DNA from: Camelus dromedarius
Taxonomy: Eukaryota
Assembly: GCF_036321535.1 (NCBI RefSeq)
Contig: NC_087438.1
Coordinates: forward strand, 8,992,001 to 9,056,000
Reading direction: 5' to 3'
Length of the DNA: 64,000 bases
The notes under the pieces are model-generated. The model did no database searches, was not told the DNA's origin, and was given only the letters and a program-made list of their open reading frames with translations. The position numbers and the translations under genes are program-made. Position 1 is the first letter of the stretch. Every line of letters starts with the position of its first letter. Below are positions 13,130 through 26,019 of this stretch, piece by piece.

Positions 13130-13930
13130 CTCTATGAAAGAGTACATTTTCCGGTACAAAGTTTGGAGGCATTAAAGATATTAAACAGAGCATGGGCAAC
13201 ATGAAATAAAATGACATTAAGGATATGCTGAAGGCATACTTCTTTGAATACAGAAAAGAAAGCAAGGAGATGACAGTAAAATGGAAGGATTTGATATTAT
13301 GTGCAAGGATAAATAAAACCCTGCAAAATGGATTCTTTAGATAAAATAGCAACAAGAACCACCATGGGGACATAGGTGAGAACATCACAGAGAAGGAGAG
13401 AAAGAAAATAGAAAAAAAGGAGTTTCATGAAGATTATGCTTCTGGATAGAGGCATTGCCGATAGAAAATGCACATAATTGAGGTATTTGAAAATTTTTGT
13501 ATAGACCAGGAAAATAATACAGAAAATATCCCGAATAGATACCAGAACATTTCCCTGAATGAAAAAAAACTAAATAGGTAGTTCAGTATCATCATTGTAT
13601 TTCAGTGACTCGGAGACTTTAACAAAGATAAAAAGTACTGAGACATTTTTTGGAAAACTCATTGATTCTCAAGTTTAAAAAAGAAAACCTGCAAGCATGC
13701 AGGGAAAAGAAACAGGAGGTCACTTAAAAAGGAAAATAAGATGGTTTTTGATTTCTCAGCAATTTTGGGTGACAGATGACAGCAGAGAAATGTCTACAAT
13801 GTATGAAAAAGAAATGAATATAAGTCAACAATTCTGTGACCAGTTGGCATGCCATCCGCTGTAGAACACAAAATGAAGACGAGTTTGACAAACCCCAGGC
13901 TTCAGGAAGTAAAGCATTCACCTACCCCCT
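13130..13930 (+). mobile_element. Old L1/HAL1 ORF1-like fragment
   Basis: A-rich tract with aaggtcacttaaaaaggaaaataagatgg...gatttctcagcaa...gcagagaaatgtctacaa, typical of the ORF1 C-terminal region. Confidence 0.45.
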
Positions 13931-14145
13931 GTTTAAAAATATACTGGTGAAAAATGTCCTGTTCAGGAGAATTACATGTAAAGGACCACAGAAAAAACAA
14001 ATATAAGATGGAATACAAAAGCTATATTTTTAAAAATAAGGATATTTAATGTGAATGGTAATTTAACTCTGAAACACTAATTTGAAATTTGTCTATTATC
14101 CAGTCTGTTTGGATGAGAAAAATGACTAAATTGTTATGAAGATGT

Positions 14146-14450
14146 ATTCATTCAAACATTCCTAAAATTTAAAAAAATGCGTTTATTGAATGACTACAAT
14201 ATGTCATGCACCTCTCTAGATGCTGAGAATACTTCAGAGAAGAAAAACAAGAATTCCTCCTTACGGAGCTTCCATTCTGGAGGGACAGACAGAAATTCAA
14301 AAATAGTTAAGTAAATACATAGTATGTTAAAGGATGATGCTGTGTAGGAAAAAAAAAAGGAAAAGAAAGGTCATAGAAATTGATGAATAAAATTAAGGCT
14401 ACTATTTCAAATGGGGCAATAAATGGAGAACTAAATAATGTATTATTTGA
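14146..14450 (-). mobile_element. L2 3' end
   Basis: attcattcaaacatt..gtttattgaatgactacaatatgtcatgcacctctctagatgctgagaatac...ggagcttccattctggaggga. Confidence 0.8.
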
Positions 14451-15439
14451 ACAGGTCAGTGTATGACATTCAGAACCCTCTGTGGTCAGGTTACCTAGAT
14501 CCCATATTTCTTAAAATAGCTGAGATGGGGTCATTTATCAGGCTTCTTAGAAGGTCTCACAAGATTGAGCCATCAGTAGTGCTTGGTACCACGTGATGGC
14601 CACTTGCATGGTTTTCTGTCCTTGTCTGTCTCATTCTCTCCTTCCTCTCTCTTTTGTCTGAGGTTGCACTCCCTAAAGTGTAGTAGATAGTAAGCATATG
14701 CCACAGGACTTGCTTTACCCAGGGTAAAATACTCTTGATAACTTCACAAACTATAATAAATATAAATTCAAGGGTCACTGACCGTCATCTTTTGGTCCCT
14801 ATGTTTATTGCGCATAACTTTCTCATGATGGCATCATAACTCTCTAGTGGGTCAAAATTGCCCCCATATTTTGTTCTGGGAGACTAAATGTACACAGATC
14901 TATTAGAAAGTGGGTTACTCCATAAAGACATGTCCTGGAGGTAAGGGTGTTGGATCTTGGCAGAACTTCTAGGACCGTAATCAGCATTTCACAAAACCAG
15001 GTGTTCTCTGAGTGACAGGCTGTCTCTGTTTCCGCCTTCATTGTACCTTCACGGAAGCTCTTTATTTTCTCTTTCGAGGATTAAGGTGTCGCAACAGGGA
15101 CACCTTCTCTTTGGTTCATGTGGTTCTACTTCCTAGATTAAAAAAAAAAACCATAACAACAACTACAAACAAAACGTAAGAAAACCCAATTTGCTATAAC
15201 TTTATTCTAGTAAAAATTTTGTATCTAAAACCTTCTTTTCTAAGGTGGGTGTTTCTCATATACTGGGTAGAATGAAAGGGACAATGCCATCAAGTAGTGT
15301 AGAGTTAGGAAAATCTTTTCGACATTGGTATATGGAAGAGGATAATAAAATGGGCATTAAATATATAAATTTTTGTTACAAATGAATGCATAATAATATA
15401 ATTGTTCTTTGGTAGGGGGTGGTGACACAGATGAGACAA

Positions 15440-15930
15440 ATGTTGTAAGTCCCATCTCTCAGAACACCTCTGATTTCAGCCACTGCTGTAATGGACAATT
15501 TCATGCACAATTAGCCTCTGGTGGTGGCTTCCCATTTCATTCCCAAAGTATAAGTCTGAACAGTTTTCTACTCCAAAGCCTTTCTAAGATCTTTTCCAAT
15601 ACGAACTAGTGTGACTCTGGAATGCAGGAGAGCTGAGATACTCAGGGTCATCCTTTGGTCATAAGGATAAGTGTTCCAGCCTCCCTGTCTTTCAGGAGGA
15701 AAATTCTCAGAGAAATTTTGTACATTGCTTGGGGGGTGTCAACAGAATCAATCCCATTTTCTACACCTGTGATCTGGACAAAGCACTCCCCTCACTGGCT
15801 TTTCCATTATCTTTATCTCTGTCTCCTTGCAATCTCCATACTCCTTCTTGAAGTTATCTCCCCAGTAAAAATACCTCCACTTATATCATGGCCTCAAGCT
15901 GTACTTTGGGGAGGAAGGTTCTAAGGATAG
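15440..15930 (+). mobile_element. LTR16-like (ERVL) solo LTR
   Basis: ttcagccactgctgtaatggaca...gtgtgactctggaatgcaggagag...ctcccagtaaaaatacctccactta..ggcctcaagctgtactttggggagg. Confidence 0.65.
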
Positions 15931-17595
15931 AAGAGTTTTGATTGTACAGGAAAGCACCACTTTTTAAATGATTACATTTATGGTGCAGGAAAGGGGAAGA
16001 TCTGGTAGAAAGAGAGAAGCAACTGGAAGAAAACAAAATGTTTTACAAGGGAAGGGGATGGCAAGTAAACCACTGAAGACAGACCTGAATGTTTACACAG
16101 TCTACATAAGGACAATTCTATTTATAGAATCAAGGATTTTCATAGATATTTCAACCTGTTTTTCTAATTAAACATTAATTTTCATGACATAGATGATCAA
16201 ACTTTCTATATGCTAAGTAAAAGCCTTCTTTGGGGCGAATTTATAAATTGTTTAGACATTATGACATAAGTAGGCAAATTAAGAGCCACCCCTGACCCCC
16301 AAAGACTGGAAATGAGGGAAATAAAATTCTAATAAAAAGCAACTTGGATTATTGGAAATCAGAAGTAATACGAATTTTTTTTTCAAAATTATTTTAAGAG
16401 CTAATGACACCCAGAGAAGCAAGATTTTAATGTAGCCAGATGGAAGGCCCTGTACACAAAGAACAGCAATTCATTTAAGTTCATGCAGTAAGGAAACTTA
16501 GAGAAAGAATCCCAGGGGCAAGAAAGCAACTCCCAATTACTATTTCAATCGCATTGTAGGAACGGACACATCAGATAATTTTCTAATGTTTTTCATTTTG
16601 ACTCCATTCCCAAAACATTTGTAGAGTTTTGGGATTTAACTGTGAGAGAAAACTGAGAGAAGAATAGATTTTCCCCATGAATTAACAGATGAAAACTATT
16701 TTGTTACTGTATTGAAATATGATGAAAATTTTAAGTATCCACAAAATCAACACTATAAATTTATCAGACATAAGTGATGATTTCATTCACTGTGAAACAA
16801 CGTAGAATATTTTTGTCCATTTAGATATCAATGTAAGATATTTAATATCAAAATATCAAAGAGCAACAATTGTTGTCTAAGAGAATTGCTTGGGTTTAAG
16901 AGAATCATAGTTTACGAAGATTATAGATTTAAGAACCTCGTTTTCCTCTAATTTTTAATTTCAATTTAAAAGTCAAGTAAGTTTCATGTAAAATAAAGTC
17001 AATCATGTTCTAGGGAGCTTTGATTAATGTTTACATATGTACATTTCTTATAAATACGTTAGTTCCACAATTAGAATTATTTTCCTTTAAGCATTTTACA
17101 CTGTATTTATTAATTTGTTAAGCTTGATTTTATTTTAAACAATTGCTTTCTGATTGAACAAAATTGTATGTTTATCAAGAAAATATTCCTAGGTATTTAA
17201 ACAACATATGTAAACCTAGTAAATTAAAGCTATAATTGTAGAACAAATAGTTTGCTAAGACATTCAAACAATCTATGTATTAATTTTTAAAATCTTACAT
17301 CTTTTGAATTAAAATCATAAACATGAAATCAATTTCATATTTTTAGACTGAGATCTTAGGTCTGAACTATCAGGTTTTCTAATAAGTCAAAAGCTTTTAA
17401 GCATAACAGTACTTCTAATAACAAATTATTCCTAACTATAAAAAATGGTTCATGTGATATATTTGATCTACTTATTTATCTCTGTATCTCTAATTTTAAA
17501 CAACTTAGAAAATCATGTATCCCTTAGGAAAGCAGACTTTCCATATCAAGTAGTTGGAATTACCAGTTGAACTATTTAGGACCATGTGATGGTTA

Positions 17596-17805
17596 AGGCC
17601 TCTAGTAGATGAAGGTTGCAATGAGGCCCTGGAGGTTGCATGTCTTCAGCTGACTCATGTCCTACTGCACATGAACATTCTGAAGGATTTTTGTCATTTT
17701 GATGGCACAAGGCATCTCCACTGCTAAAGTTTTCACCACTACATTGAAATTGATTTCAAACATTCATTTTCCAGTTCAAGTTACTCCCATATGTAATGTG
17801 TTCAT
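17596..17805 (-). pseudogene. Candidate exon (…MFEINFNVVVKTLAVEM…QLKTCNLQGLIATFIY)
   Basis: Acceptor atctattctaatcag. The phase-0 frame has an EIN motif and RGS-like end spacing but several stops. An alternative frame has only one stop in ~75 codons. Frame ambiguous. Confidence 0.3.
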
Positions 17806-18299
17806 CTGATTAGAATAGATATAAATCTACACACACACTCTTGCAGTTAACTCCACAACTTATCTGGATTCTGCATCACATTAAAACTTAACGTATTTTC
17901 AATATTTAAAAATATTTTAATGGAATTCTCATGAATTCTAAAACCTCTAACTACTTCAACTGACTGTCTGTTAGCAATTTAGATGTCAGGCAAATGAAAT
18001 AGAAAATAGAAATAGAATTAGAAAATCAAATTATCTCTCTAGGTTCAATAATGCTGTACCAAGTCATCTCTCAATCATTTTAGACATGATATATCTATGC
18101 TCACTAAGCAAAATTAGAATAATAATTTGTATTCTCATGTAGCCTTCCAAAGGAAAAGAGTAGTAGTATCATAATTGTCAAAAAGAAGTTTAAAAAGCCA
18201 TTCTGCTTTATATCCCTCAACCTATTGTGTCTTGTGAAGAATCTCTGAAGATTTGAAACAAGTGAATTATATAATCATAGTTATACATCCAAAAAAATA

Positions 18300-18960
18300 A
18301 ATAAATAAATGAAATCCTTGAATCTGTGTAGGGGTAAATGGATGATGTGACGGCCCTGCAAGCAGGGGATTCCTTAGGAGTCTCCTGCATGGATTGCAAA
18401 CTTAAGTGGGTTTGGAAGAATGGGACTGACTTGGCAGATACTTAAGAGGCAGAATTGTCAGGAAGTGTTAATTTAATAGAAAGCATTTAAAAAGAGTGGT
18501 TATATAAAAAGCTGTGGGGATTTTGGCTTGATTTGATGATGATGTTGTCAAAGAATTGCCTTGATTTTGGGTTTCTTGTGACACATATAATTTCCAGCTC
18601 TCAAAACTGTCTGGTGAAAGGAATTAGGGGAGAAGAAAGGAATGAAGGAAGGAAGGGAGGGAGGGAGGGTAGGTAGCAGAGAGAGGAATGAAAAGGAGTC
18701 AAACTCTATCTAGATAGATTGAGTTGAACATTCTGTAACCTACTCAGGAGGAGCTATTGAAGAAATTGTAAGCTGTGTCTTTGGAGCTCAGAAACAAGTT
18801 CTCAACTAAAGAGGATAACTAGGGAATCACAAGCTATGGGTAAAGATGCAATTACCAGAGATAGTGTGTAGATTGTTAAGAGAATATGGCAAAGTGAAGA
18901 CAGACATTTAAGGGGAAGGGATAAAAAGAACGACCTCCTTTTTAGAAACTAAACAAGTGA
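18300..18960 (-). mobile_element. L2 fragments with GGAA/GGGA tract
   Basis: gatacttaagaggcagaattgtcagga...ttggagctcagaaacaag...gagatagtgtgtaga. Confidence 0.55.
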
Positions 18961-19602
18961 GTAGGCCAGGGATGGGGGCAGGGAGTGGATACCTACCATA
19001 AGTGATTTGGTAGAAACAGAGAGAAACACTCAATATCACTAAAACTCTGTTGCACCAATAGACTTCCTTTCTCATCCCACAAGAAGACTATTGAATGAAT
19101 GACTTCTTTCAAAATGTCTGCAATCTGTCCATCTGCATCACCGATTAATGCTGCTGCTGCACCATATTTCACACATACTCAAAAAAGGCAACATTCATTC
19201 CTCTCATTAGAAAATCTGCACTTCATTCTGTATTTGCTCCCTCTTCTGCCTCCTTTTATAATGAAAGAACCAATGACATCTACCCTTGATGTTTATCAAG
19301 CTCTTATTGTCCAAAGGTTTTATCTTGTAATGCTATCTGTTCTAGATCATCATTCTCTGTCTTTTTGCTGGTTGGATATAAACCCCATCACAATTTTTTA
19401 CAATGCTAATATATAACTTATCTTAATAGGATTTATTTTTAGGTACTGAATAATCTAGACTTAGTTTAGAAAATGGTGTGTTTTTCTTATAAGAGTTCTA
19501 AAGATGAATTGTTGCTGCCATGATTCCATGGTTACACAATGCTTAGGACATTTCCCCTGAAATTCTTTTGAATATTGAATTCTTGCATTCTCTGGGATCA
19601 AG

Positions 19603-20033
19603 TGTAAGAAAAATGCATAAAGTAAGAGCTGTGAGCCAAGTTTTATTCAGTCTTACTGAGGACTATAGCCTGGGAAACAGCCTCTCAGGTAGCTCTGAGA
19701 AATCGTTGTAAAGAGGTAGGGGAAGAGTCAGTATATATATGAATTTTGGGGGGTAAGCAAAGATGTAGTTAAGCATACATCTTGATAAAAGGTTACTGCT
19801 AGTCACAAAGAGCATATATCTTAAGTTAATGACTTTAATGCTTTTCTATGTATGGAAAGATGCAAAAATCTGGGCTCATTGTAGTTCTTCCTGAGGAATG
19901 CATCTTGACTATCTAGGGGGCCTTTTATCCAAAGCACAGACTGTCTCATTTTGTCTTTTTTCCATCCTGAATTTCCCTCAGAGTGCACTGTCAATGGGTG
20001 AGTGTAGTGGGCTGTGACTTAACCCTTTTTATA
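19603..20033 (-). mobile_element. ERV1-type solo LTR (family A, copy 1)
   Basis: Starts tgt; gttttattcag (antisense AATAAA); ttactgaggactatagcctggga..cagcctctcag..agctctgag. Homologous to 22066-22493. Confidence 0.75.
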
Positions 20034-20039
20034 AGAGGA

Positions 20040-20504
20040 TGTTACTAAACTGAACTTGGGTCTGTTCACCTGATGCATGGTAAAGCCAATCTACCAACAC
20101 TGGATTGTGGGGAAGGAAAGTACATCATTTATTGCAGGGTGAGAAGCAAGGGAGTGGGAGACAAGCCTCAAATTCACTCCAACTTGGTCTTTGAGTTACG
20201 ATTTTTTGTTTGTTTTTGTTTTTGTTTTTGTTTAAAGGGGAAGAACAAATAGGTTGGGATTAATCATCATTTTATGACATTTCTTAGTTGTAGTTTCAGG
20301 AGTCAGGATGCCTCTGGTTTATGATTCTCTGGCCAGGAGGTCCGTGACCCCTTGGGAGTTTGTTAGTTCATGTTACTCTGGAGGAACAATCTGAGTTGGA
20401 TAGAGAGATTTAATCATAAACTCACAAACTTCAAAAGGCAACTCAGTTTTGGGAAGATAAGCTGTTTCTCTCTCTCTCTCTTTTTTTTTTTTAAAACAAT
20501 TTCA
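20040..20504 (-). mobile_element. ERV1-type solo LTR (family B)
   Basis: tgttactaaactgaacttgggtctgttcacc..gtaaagccaatctac..gaaggaaagtaca.catttattgcaggg; ends ..tttca (TG...CA). Confidence 0.7.
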
Positions 20505-20590
20505 TTATTAACTATAGCTTTTGGAATCTCAAGTATCTATAGATAGGAGCATTTCATAAACAAGTTGTTAAGGGCAAGCAAAGCTCTTAC

Positions 20591-20632
20591 CCTACAGATT
20601 ATATATTCATAGATATTCCTTATGGTCTACAA
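20591..20632 (-). pseudogene. Candidate exon (L*TIRNIYEYIICR)
   Basis: Donor GG|gtaaga. Pyrimidine tract cttttctttttcct followed by three in-phase AGs (exon starts 20641, 20632 or 20626). RNIYEYI resembles RGS KEIYE.FI. Confidence 0.45.
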
Positions 20633-21844
20633 CTGTATTCACTTTGTATAGGAAAAAGAAAAGCTACTGTAAATACATAAGGGTGGCAATACAGGGAAAT
20701 ACAAAAGCCAGTACCTTATAATTTTATACTTTTATTATTTTGTATGTTGATTTAGAAAAATAAAACAGAACATTTTCATTTAAATATGTGAGCGTAATTT
20801 AGGTGATATTATGACCATTGAGGAAGGGACCCAAGAATTATTTAAATATCTATTTTTTCAAGAAAACACATTTTTTTGTTGCTTGATTATTTTGGCTATA
20901 AAGTTTCATTATGTGACTCTCAGAGTTATAATGTTAGATTTTATGTATTCCTTAGAGACTAGCATTGAATTTCCAGGTTATTTAATGGGTCACTTAAATT
21001 TAAATTTCCATATTAAATAATTCCAATAGTGAATGAAAAAAAAAGTGATATGAAACTTTCTTTTAATAGAGATTTGGCCCCAGTTAATGACAGTGCTTAT
21101 TTGGAGCTAAATTCACCATTTAGTTATGCAGTTTGATCCACATGAAACATTGTTAATTCTGAGAATTAAAGTCTTGACCTTCAACACAATCCAGCACTGC
21201 AATCCACCAGAAAAGGAAATTATTTATTATGAGCTTTGTGTTTTGGATATATTCCTATGCTCGTTTTAAAGATACTAAGTCAAATTTGAACAAAATGAAA
21301 CCCAAGGTTGTTTTCAGTACAATGTAGTATTGGTATCATCATCATCGTTTGAGCTTCTGCTTCTGGTCTTTACTATGGATATTATACATGTGTCTTTTTT
21401 GTTGTTGTTGTTGTTCTTTGTCTCTTATTTGATTTAGTTTGGGTTGGGTATATGTAGCATGTAAACAGCACCAACGCACAAAAACCATGTAGGACATTTG
21501 CTTTGTGTATTTGGGGAGAGGGATGTGTACACTGGGCAGTTAACTTACAAAAAGAACACAAACTAAGAAAAATTCCCCGAAGTCCTCCAGTATCTCAGCA
21601 CAGCATTGAAGTGTCTCTGATATCCCTTCTCAATATTTCTAGATGAATCTTCTTTCATTCTTTAAATGAACCTATTATTACTTGTACAAATTTCCTTTTT
21701 ACTGAGTTAATGCTGAATTTCTTTTCTTTGCAACCAGAAGAGCCCTAACAAATGCAAATAGGTTGGTAAATATTTTGTCAGGTCTTTTTGCCTGTTTCAG
21801 CCTATTGATAACCAACATTGTGACTAGATAAGCTCTTGTAGTCC

Positions 21845-21950
21845 TTTTATTTTTTTTTCCTTTTTTATGAAGGTACTGGGGATTGAACCCAGGACCTCCT
21901 GCATGCTAAGCATGTATGCTACTGCTAAGCCATACCTACTCCTCCTCCAA
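21845..21950 (-). mobile_element. tRNA-derived SINE of camelid type
   Basis: T-rich tail followed by aggtactggggattgaacccaggacctcctgcatgctaagcatg (antisense B-box ggttcaatcc). Flanked by cttgtagtcct / cttgtatttct, TSD-like. Confidence 0.85.
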
Positions 21951-21961
21951 CTTGTATTTCT

Positions 21962-22850
21962 TGTTATGATTGCAGGGAAATGATGAAAGAGACAAAACTT
22001 ATTGCTTACACGTCCTGAAAATTACATGGCTCACCTGGGGCCACAGAGTGAGGTCACAGGTAGAGTGTCAACTGAAAGAGAAACATGCAATGTAGAAGTC
22101 ATGAGTTAAGTTGTATTCAGGGACCTTACTGAGGGCTATAGCCCAAGAGACAGCATCTCAGGTTGCTGAGAAACTGCTTCTAAGGGTTGAAGAGGAGCTA
22201 GGATATATAAAATTTTTTTCTGGAAAAAAACATGTAATCAAGCATAAAAAGATTACTGCTAATCAATCACAAAGAAAAGACATTCCATGTTAATGATGTT
22301 TGTGTTTTCATTGAGTGGAAGATGAAAGAATTTGGGTTCATTGAAATTTGTCCTCAGATAGGTATCTTAACTATCTAGGACCCAGTATATCCCAAACACA
22401 GAACATGTGCTGTTTTTCCCCATCCTGAACTCCTCAAGTGCACTGTCCGTGGGTGATGCAGTGGCTGATGGCAGGCAGTGTTTTTTCTTTATAAGAGTTT
22501 GAGAGAGAGATTTAAAAGTGGGCTTGAGGCTCTGTTTCACTTTTATTGAGGTTTAGGGTGGGGGTGTCTAAGATTTCACAAGCTCATTCTTCATTGGTGA
22601 ATTTAAAACACAAGTGGGAATTTAAAGCATGGGAAGAGTGAAATAAATAAAAACAAACAAACAAAAAAACCCCCAAAAAACCAAGGGGCCCAAATTGTCA
22701 GTTACCCATATCAGCCAAGATCGCCAAAACACAGGAACTTGGTTGGGGTAGGGATTGGGGGATGGGTGTGGGTTCTGGTGGCTGAGGTGGCCTGACTTTT
22801 TATCTAGTCCAGTGACTGGAAATATATCTATCTTGATAGCCATCTTCAAA
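21962..22850 (-). mobile_element. Older LTR interrupted by the 22066-22493 LTR
   Basis: LTR-like sequence (acttattgcttacacgtcctg...ggccacagagtgaggtc | gctctgtttcacttttattgaggtttagggtggg) resumes after the insert. Confidence 0.5.
22066..22493 (-). mobile_element. ERV1-type solo LTR (family A, copy 2)
   Basis: tgtcaactgaaaga...ttactgagggctatagccc..cagcatctcag; flanked by 4-bp agag direct repeats. Confidence 0.75.
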
Positions 22851-22939
22851 GTGGATTCTTCTTTGAAGTGGATACTTCCACAATCAAAGCTTAAATTTGG
22901 CACCTGCATTCCAAAAAAGGAAAACCAACTTACACTTAC

Positions 22940-23036
22940 ATCAGGATATTTTTTAAAAGTTCATATAAAACAAATTACATGTAAATAAGGGGCTTCATAA
23001 AGAAACTGATAAAAGCAGCCATTAAGAAAATCGTGA
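22940..23036 (-). pseudogene. Candidate exon ((D)HDFLNGCFYQFLYEAPYLHVICFI*TFKKYPD)
   Basis: Strong acceptor ctgttttattgttttactttatag and tandem donors gtaagt-gtaagt. 97 nt, phase 2-0, one TGA. With the previous exon it gives the RGS pattern LLSD....F.QFL...FKK. Confidence 0.55.
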
Positions 23037-23473
23037 CTATAAAGTAAAACAATAAAACAGGGTGTGTGAAATATATTTTGATTTTCATCATATCAGAAAA
23101 ACATAATAATGAAATATCTCTGAAGGTGCTTATAATGTAAGCTAACGAAAGTCTGATAATTCAAGTTGAAACATAGACCAAGGGGAAAACACCAAGGTTT
23201 TTAGACCCTGTAGTATCAAAGTAGATTGTGATCTCAGAACATGACACAAAATACTGAAATAATACTATTTTAGGGCTATCCCTGTCAATGTAATCAAACT
23301 TGCTTACTTTACAAATAGTGAAATTAACATTCCATAATATATGACTATTCCTACTATTACAATTATTTTAGGCAAACCAATATTTAGTGTCAAATATTGA
23401 ACTTTAATAATGTAAATTCTTTTGAGGAAAACTCAATTAGTCTTGTCACTGATTCAATGCCACCAAATCTCAC

Positions 23474-23608
23474 TCTGATAATAAATTCAGGATGTGGGGT
23501 GAATGCACATATGGCAAAGGGATGTCTAACAAAGACATTTCCAAACGAATGTTAAATTATTTAAAACTGAAGGTCACATAAACCTTATGTTTTGTCAAGT
23601 CATTCCAG
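23474..23608 (-). pseudogene. Candidate exon (WNDLTKHKVYVTFSFK*FNIRLEMSLLDIPLPYVHSPHILNLLS)
   Basis: Acceptor ttttttcttaatacttgtag, donor GA|gtgaga. 135 nt, phase 2-2, one stop. Confidence 0.45.
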
Positions 23609-24155
23609 CTACAAGTATTAAGAAAAAAATTATTCAGTAACTAGTTAATATGCAGTAACATACATCTGTAGTATCTACAGGGTCACCTTTTAGATTGGAA
23701 ATGAAAAATACACATAGGTGCTAATTTTATTTCTTTGGCTTTGTTTCGTCATAATATAGAAGAGAGAGTTCTTAAATATTAATGATAGTTTCTCCTCAAA
23801 ACTATTTTGACATGACCATAATACTTCAACATTCATTTAGATAGTAGAAATATTTCAATTATTCATGTATCTGTTATATCCAGATGAATGTAAAGGGCAC
23901 ACTAACACTTTTAATAATGCCAACTAGAAGTATGTTTCTTGTAATTGAAGATTTATATAAAACTATTTAACAGGAAGCTGATGCTTTTATGATATTTAAG
24001 TACACAATTTCTATGTAAACTTCTTTCTAGTCTATATTTGAATGTCTTATTTAATGATGAATTTAAAGTAGATTGCAGAAATTTCTTAGACGATCAACAG
24101 ACACTTGTGTCTTAGTCAACACATAAAGCAAAACTTCACTATGAGCTGGTTTTAC

Positions 24156-24378
24156 TTCGAGTGAATATTTGTTATTAAGATACTATTTGAAAATCTCAAA
24201 GGCCGTGGAGTATTTCAATAATGTGTTAGATGACACAATAGATAATCATCTCAATCAAGAGTACTACTTCTCAATATTGCTAAAACTTTCAACACATTTT
24301 CATTCATTAAGATGTGGATGGTTGAATTACATATGAAAAATGAGGAGAACAGGTATATCTTCCTTGATTTAAAGAGAT
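24156..24378 (-). pseudogene. Candidate degraded exon
   Basis: Acceptor ctttcaaattag, donor AA|gtaaaa. Frames give SRKIYLFSSFFICNSTIHILMN and STAFEIFK*YLNNKYSLE (cf. YLNKKY recalled from RGS22). Multiple stops. Confidence 0.3.
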
Positions 24379-25012
24379 CTAATTTGAAAGATTAAGTAAA
24401 CTATGCATGTTTTCCTTTAATAACTGTAATTAAGGCTTATTGTCGCATAAGGCATTGATGATGGTCCTTTATTCAGAGTCAGCTTGGTACTCATTTGTGG
24501 CTAAAACAGATTGCCTTATTGTTGCCACTTTTCTCTCTGGTTTCCAATTCTGGTCCTCGCAGTGAGCTACCAAGATGTAGGATAAGCTACTTAACCATTT
24601 TCCCTTCTTTGAAATGGGGTCCTCTGCCTATTACAGTATTATATGTTAATATATGAACTAACATGCATTGGTAATATTAATATCTTCATTACATAAAAAT
24701 GCAGACTATGATGTCTCTTCTATTTTCATAGTCAAAGATTTGTATTTTGTTTTTCAGCTTAATTTTATTTCTATTATTTCTTTTCTATTTGGCTTACTCT
24801 TGATTTATCTGTCCTTTTAGTAAAGATAGCAACTCCTGCCTTATTGTGCCTTTCAGTTTCTTTTAAGCTGTTTTAAAGTACACCACATGTGAGTAGATCA
24901 GGACATACATAAGATACCATGAATGTTGTTGCAATTTTACTCTTATTAAGAGATGGCTAATCTTTATGTTGCCATGAGATTGTTAAAATGGCAACACCCC
25001 CTAAATCAGTCT

Positions 25013-25632
25013 ACATGTGGCTGTCCAGTTTTCCCAATACCAATTGCTGAAGAGACTGTCTTTTCTTCTTTGTATATGCTTGCCTCCTTTATCAAAGATT
25101 AATTGACTGTAGGTGTGTGGATTTATTTCTGGGTTCTCTATTCTGTTCCATTGAGTTGTATGTCTGTTTTTGTGCCAATACTACACTGTTTTGATTATTA
25201 TAGCTTTGTTGTACTGTCTAAAGTCTGGAAAGGTTATGCCTCCAGCTTTGTTTTTTTTCCCTCAGTATTGCTTTCACAATTCTAGGTCTTTTGTGGTTCC
25301 ATATAAAATTTAGGATTATTTGTTCTAGTTCTGTTAAAAATGTCATGGATCCTTTAACAGGGATTACATTAGATCTGTAGGTTGCTTTGGGTAGTATGGT
25401 CATTTTAACAACAGTTATTCTTGCAATCTAAGAGCGTGGGATATCTTTCCATTTCCTTGAATCATCTACGATTTCCTTGATCAATGTTTTATAGTTCTCA
25501 GTGTACAAATCTTTTACCTTTTTGGTTAGATTTATTCCTAGGTATATATTCTTGATGTGAATTTAAAAGGGATTATTTTTTTACATTCCCTTTCTGGTAT
25601 TTCACTGTTAGCGTAAAGAAATACAACAGATT
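25013..25632 (-). mobile_element. L1 ORF2 fragment
   Basis: ORF 25218-25403 ([43 protein letters not shown]) is L1 ORF2p. Confidence 0.95.
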
Positions 25633-25824
25633 TTTTATCTTAAGTCATTGTTAAGACATATTTTTAAATTGTCACATAGCCTTTTACAGGGGAATAGAAA
25701 GCACTTCTAAATTCTCAGTTTTAAACATTGGCTGTGTATTTTATTTTCTACAAACTCCTAAGAAAGCCTGTCAAATAGTGTTGAAAATTTCTAAAAGAGT
25801 AAGTGATGAAAAATCAAAATAAAC

Positions 25825-25941
25825 CTTTTTAAACAAGAAAGAAGATAGACAACATAGGGTTGTCATTTCTAATTTCTCCTCCTCTCCAAGTTTGGTGCTA
25901 GAAAATACACTTCCAGGAGCTCTCTTTATTATGTCCATGTT
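25825..25941 (-). pseudogene. Candidate 117-nt exon
   Basis: Branch point ctaac plus ttttatttaaataag acceptor, weak donor AG|gtttat. Phase-0 frame open (NMDIIKRAPG...LFKK). Another frame gives RELLEVYFLAP. Confidence 0.3.
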
Positions 25942-26019
25942 CTTATTTAAATAAAATGTTAGAGAATAAGAAATAAATTTATTATCTTTTCTTATTTTCA
26001 TGATTCAGAAATCACTTCA

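Noticed and set aside
18221..18244. Tiny minus-strand exon suggesting a casein/SCPP-type gene
   Set aside because: The donor is non-consensus and no signal-peptide or SSEE-type exon series was seen.
21870..21940. tRNA gene
   Set aside because: It has a poly(A)-type tail and TSD-like flanks, so it is a tRNA-derived SINE.
19603..22493. Two family-A LTRs as the ends of one provirus
   Set aside because: The copies are clearly diverged, the second has its own TSD inside another LTR, and the interval has no gag/pol/env.
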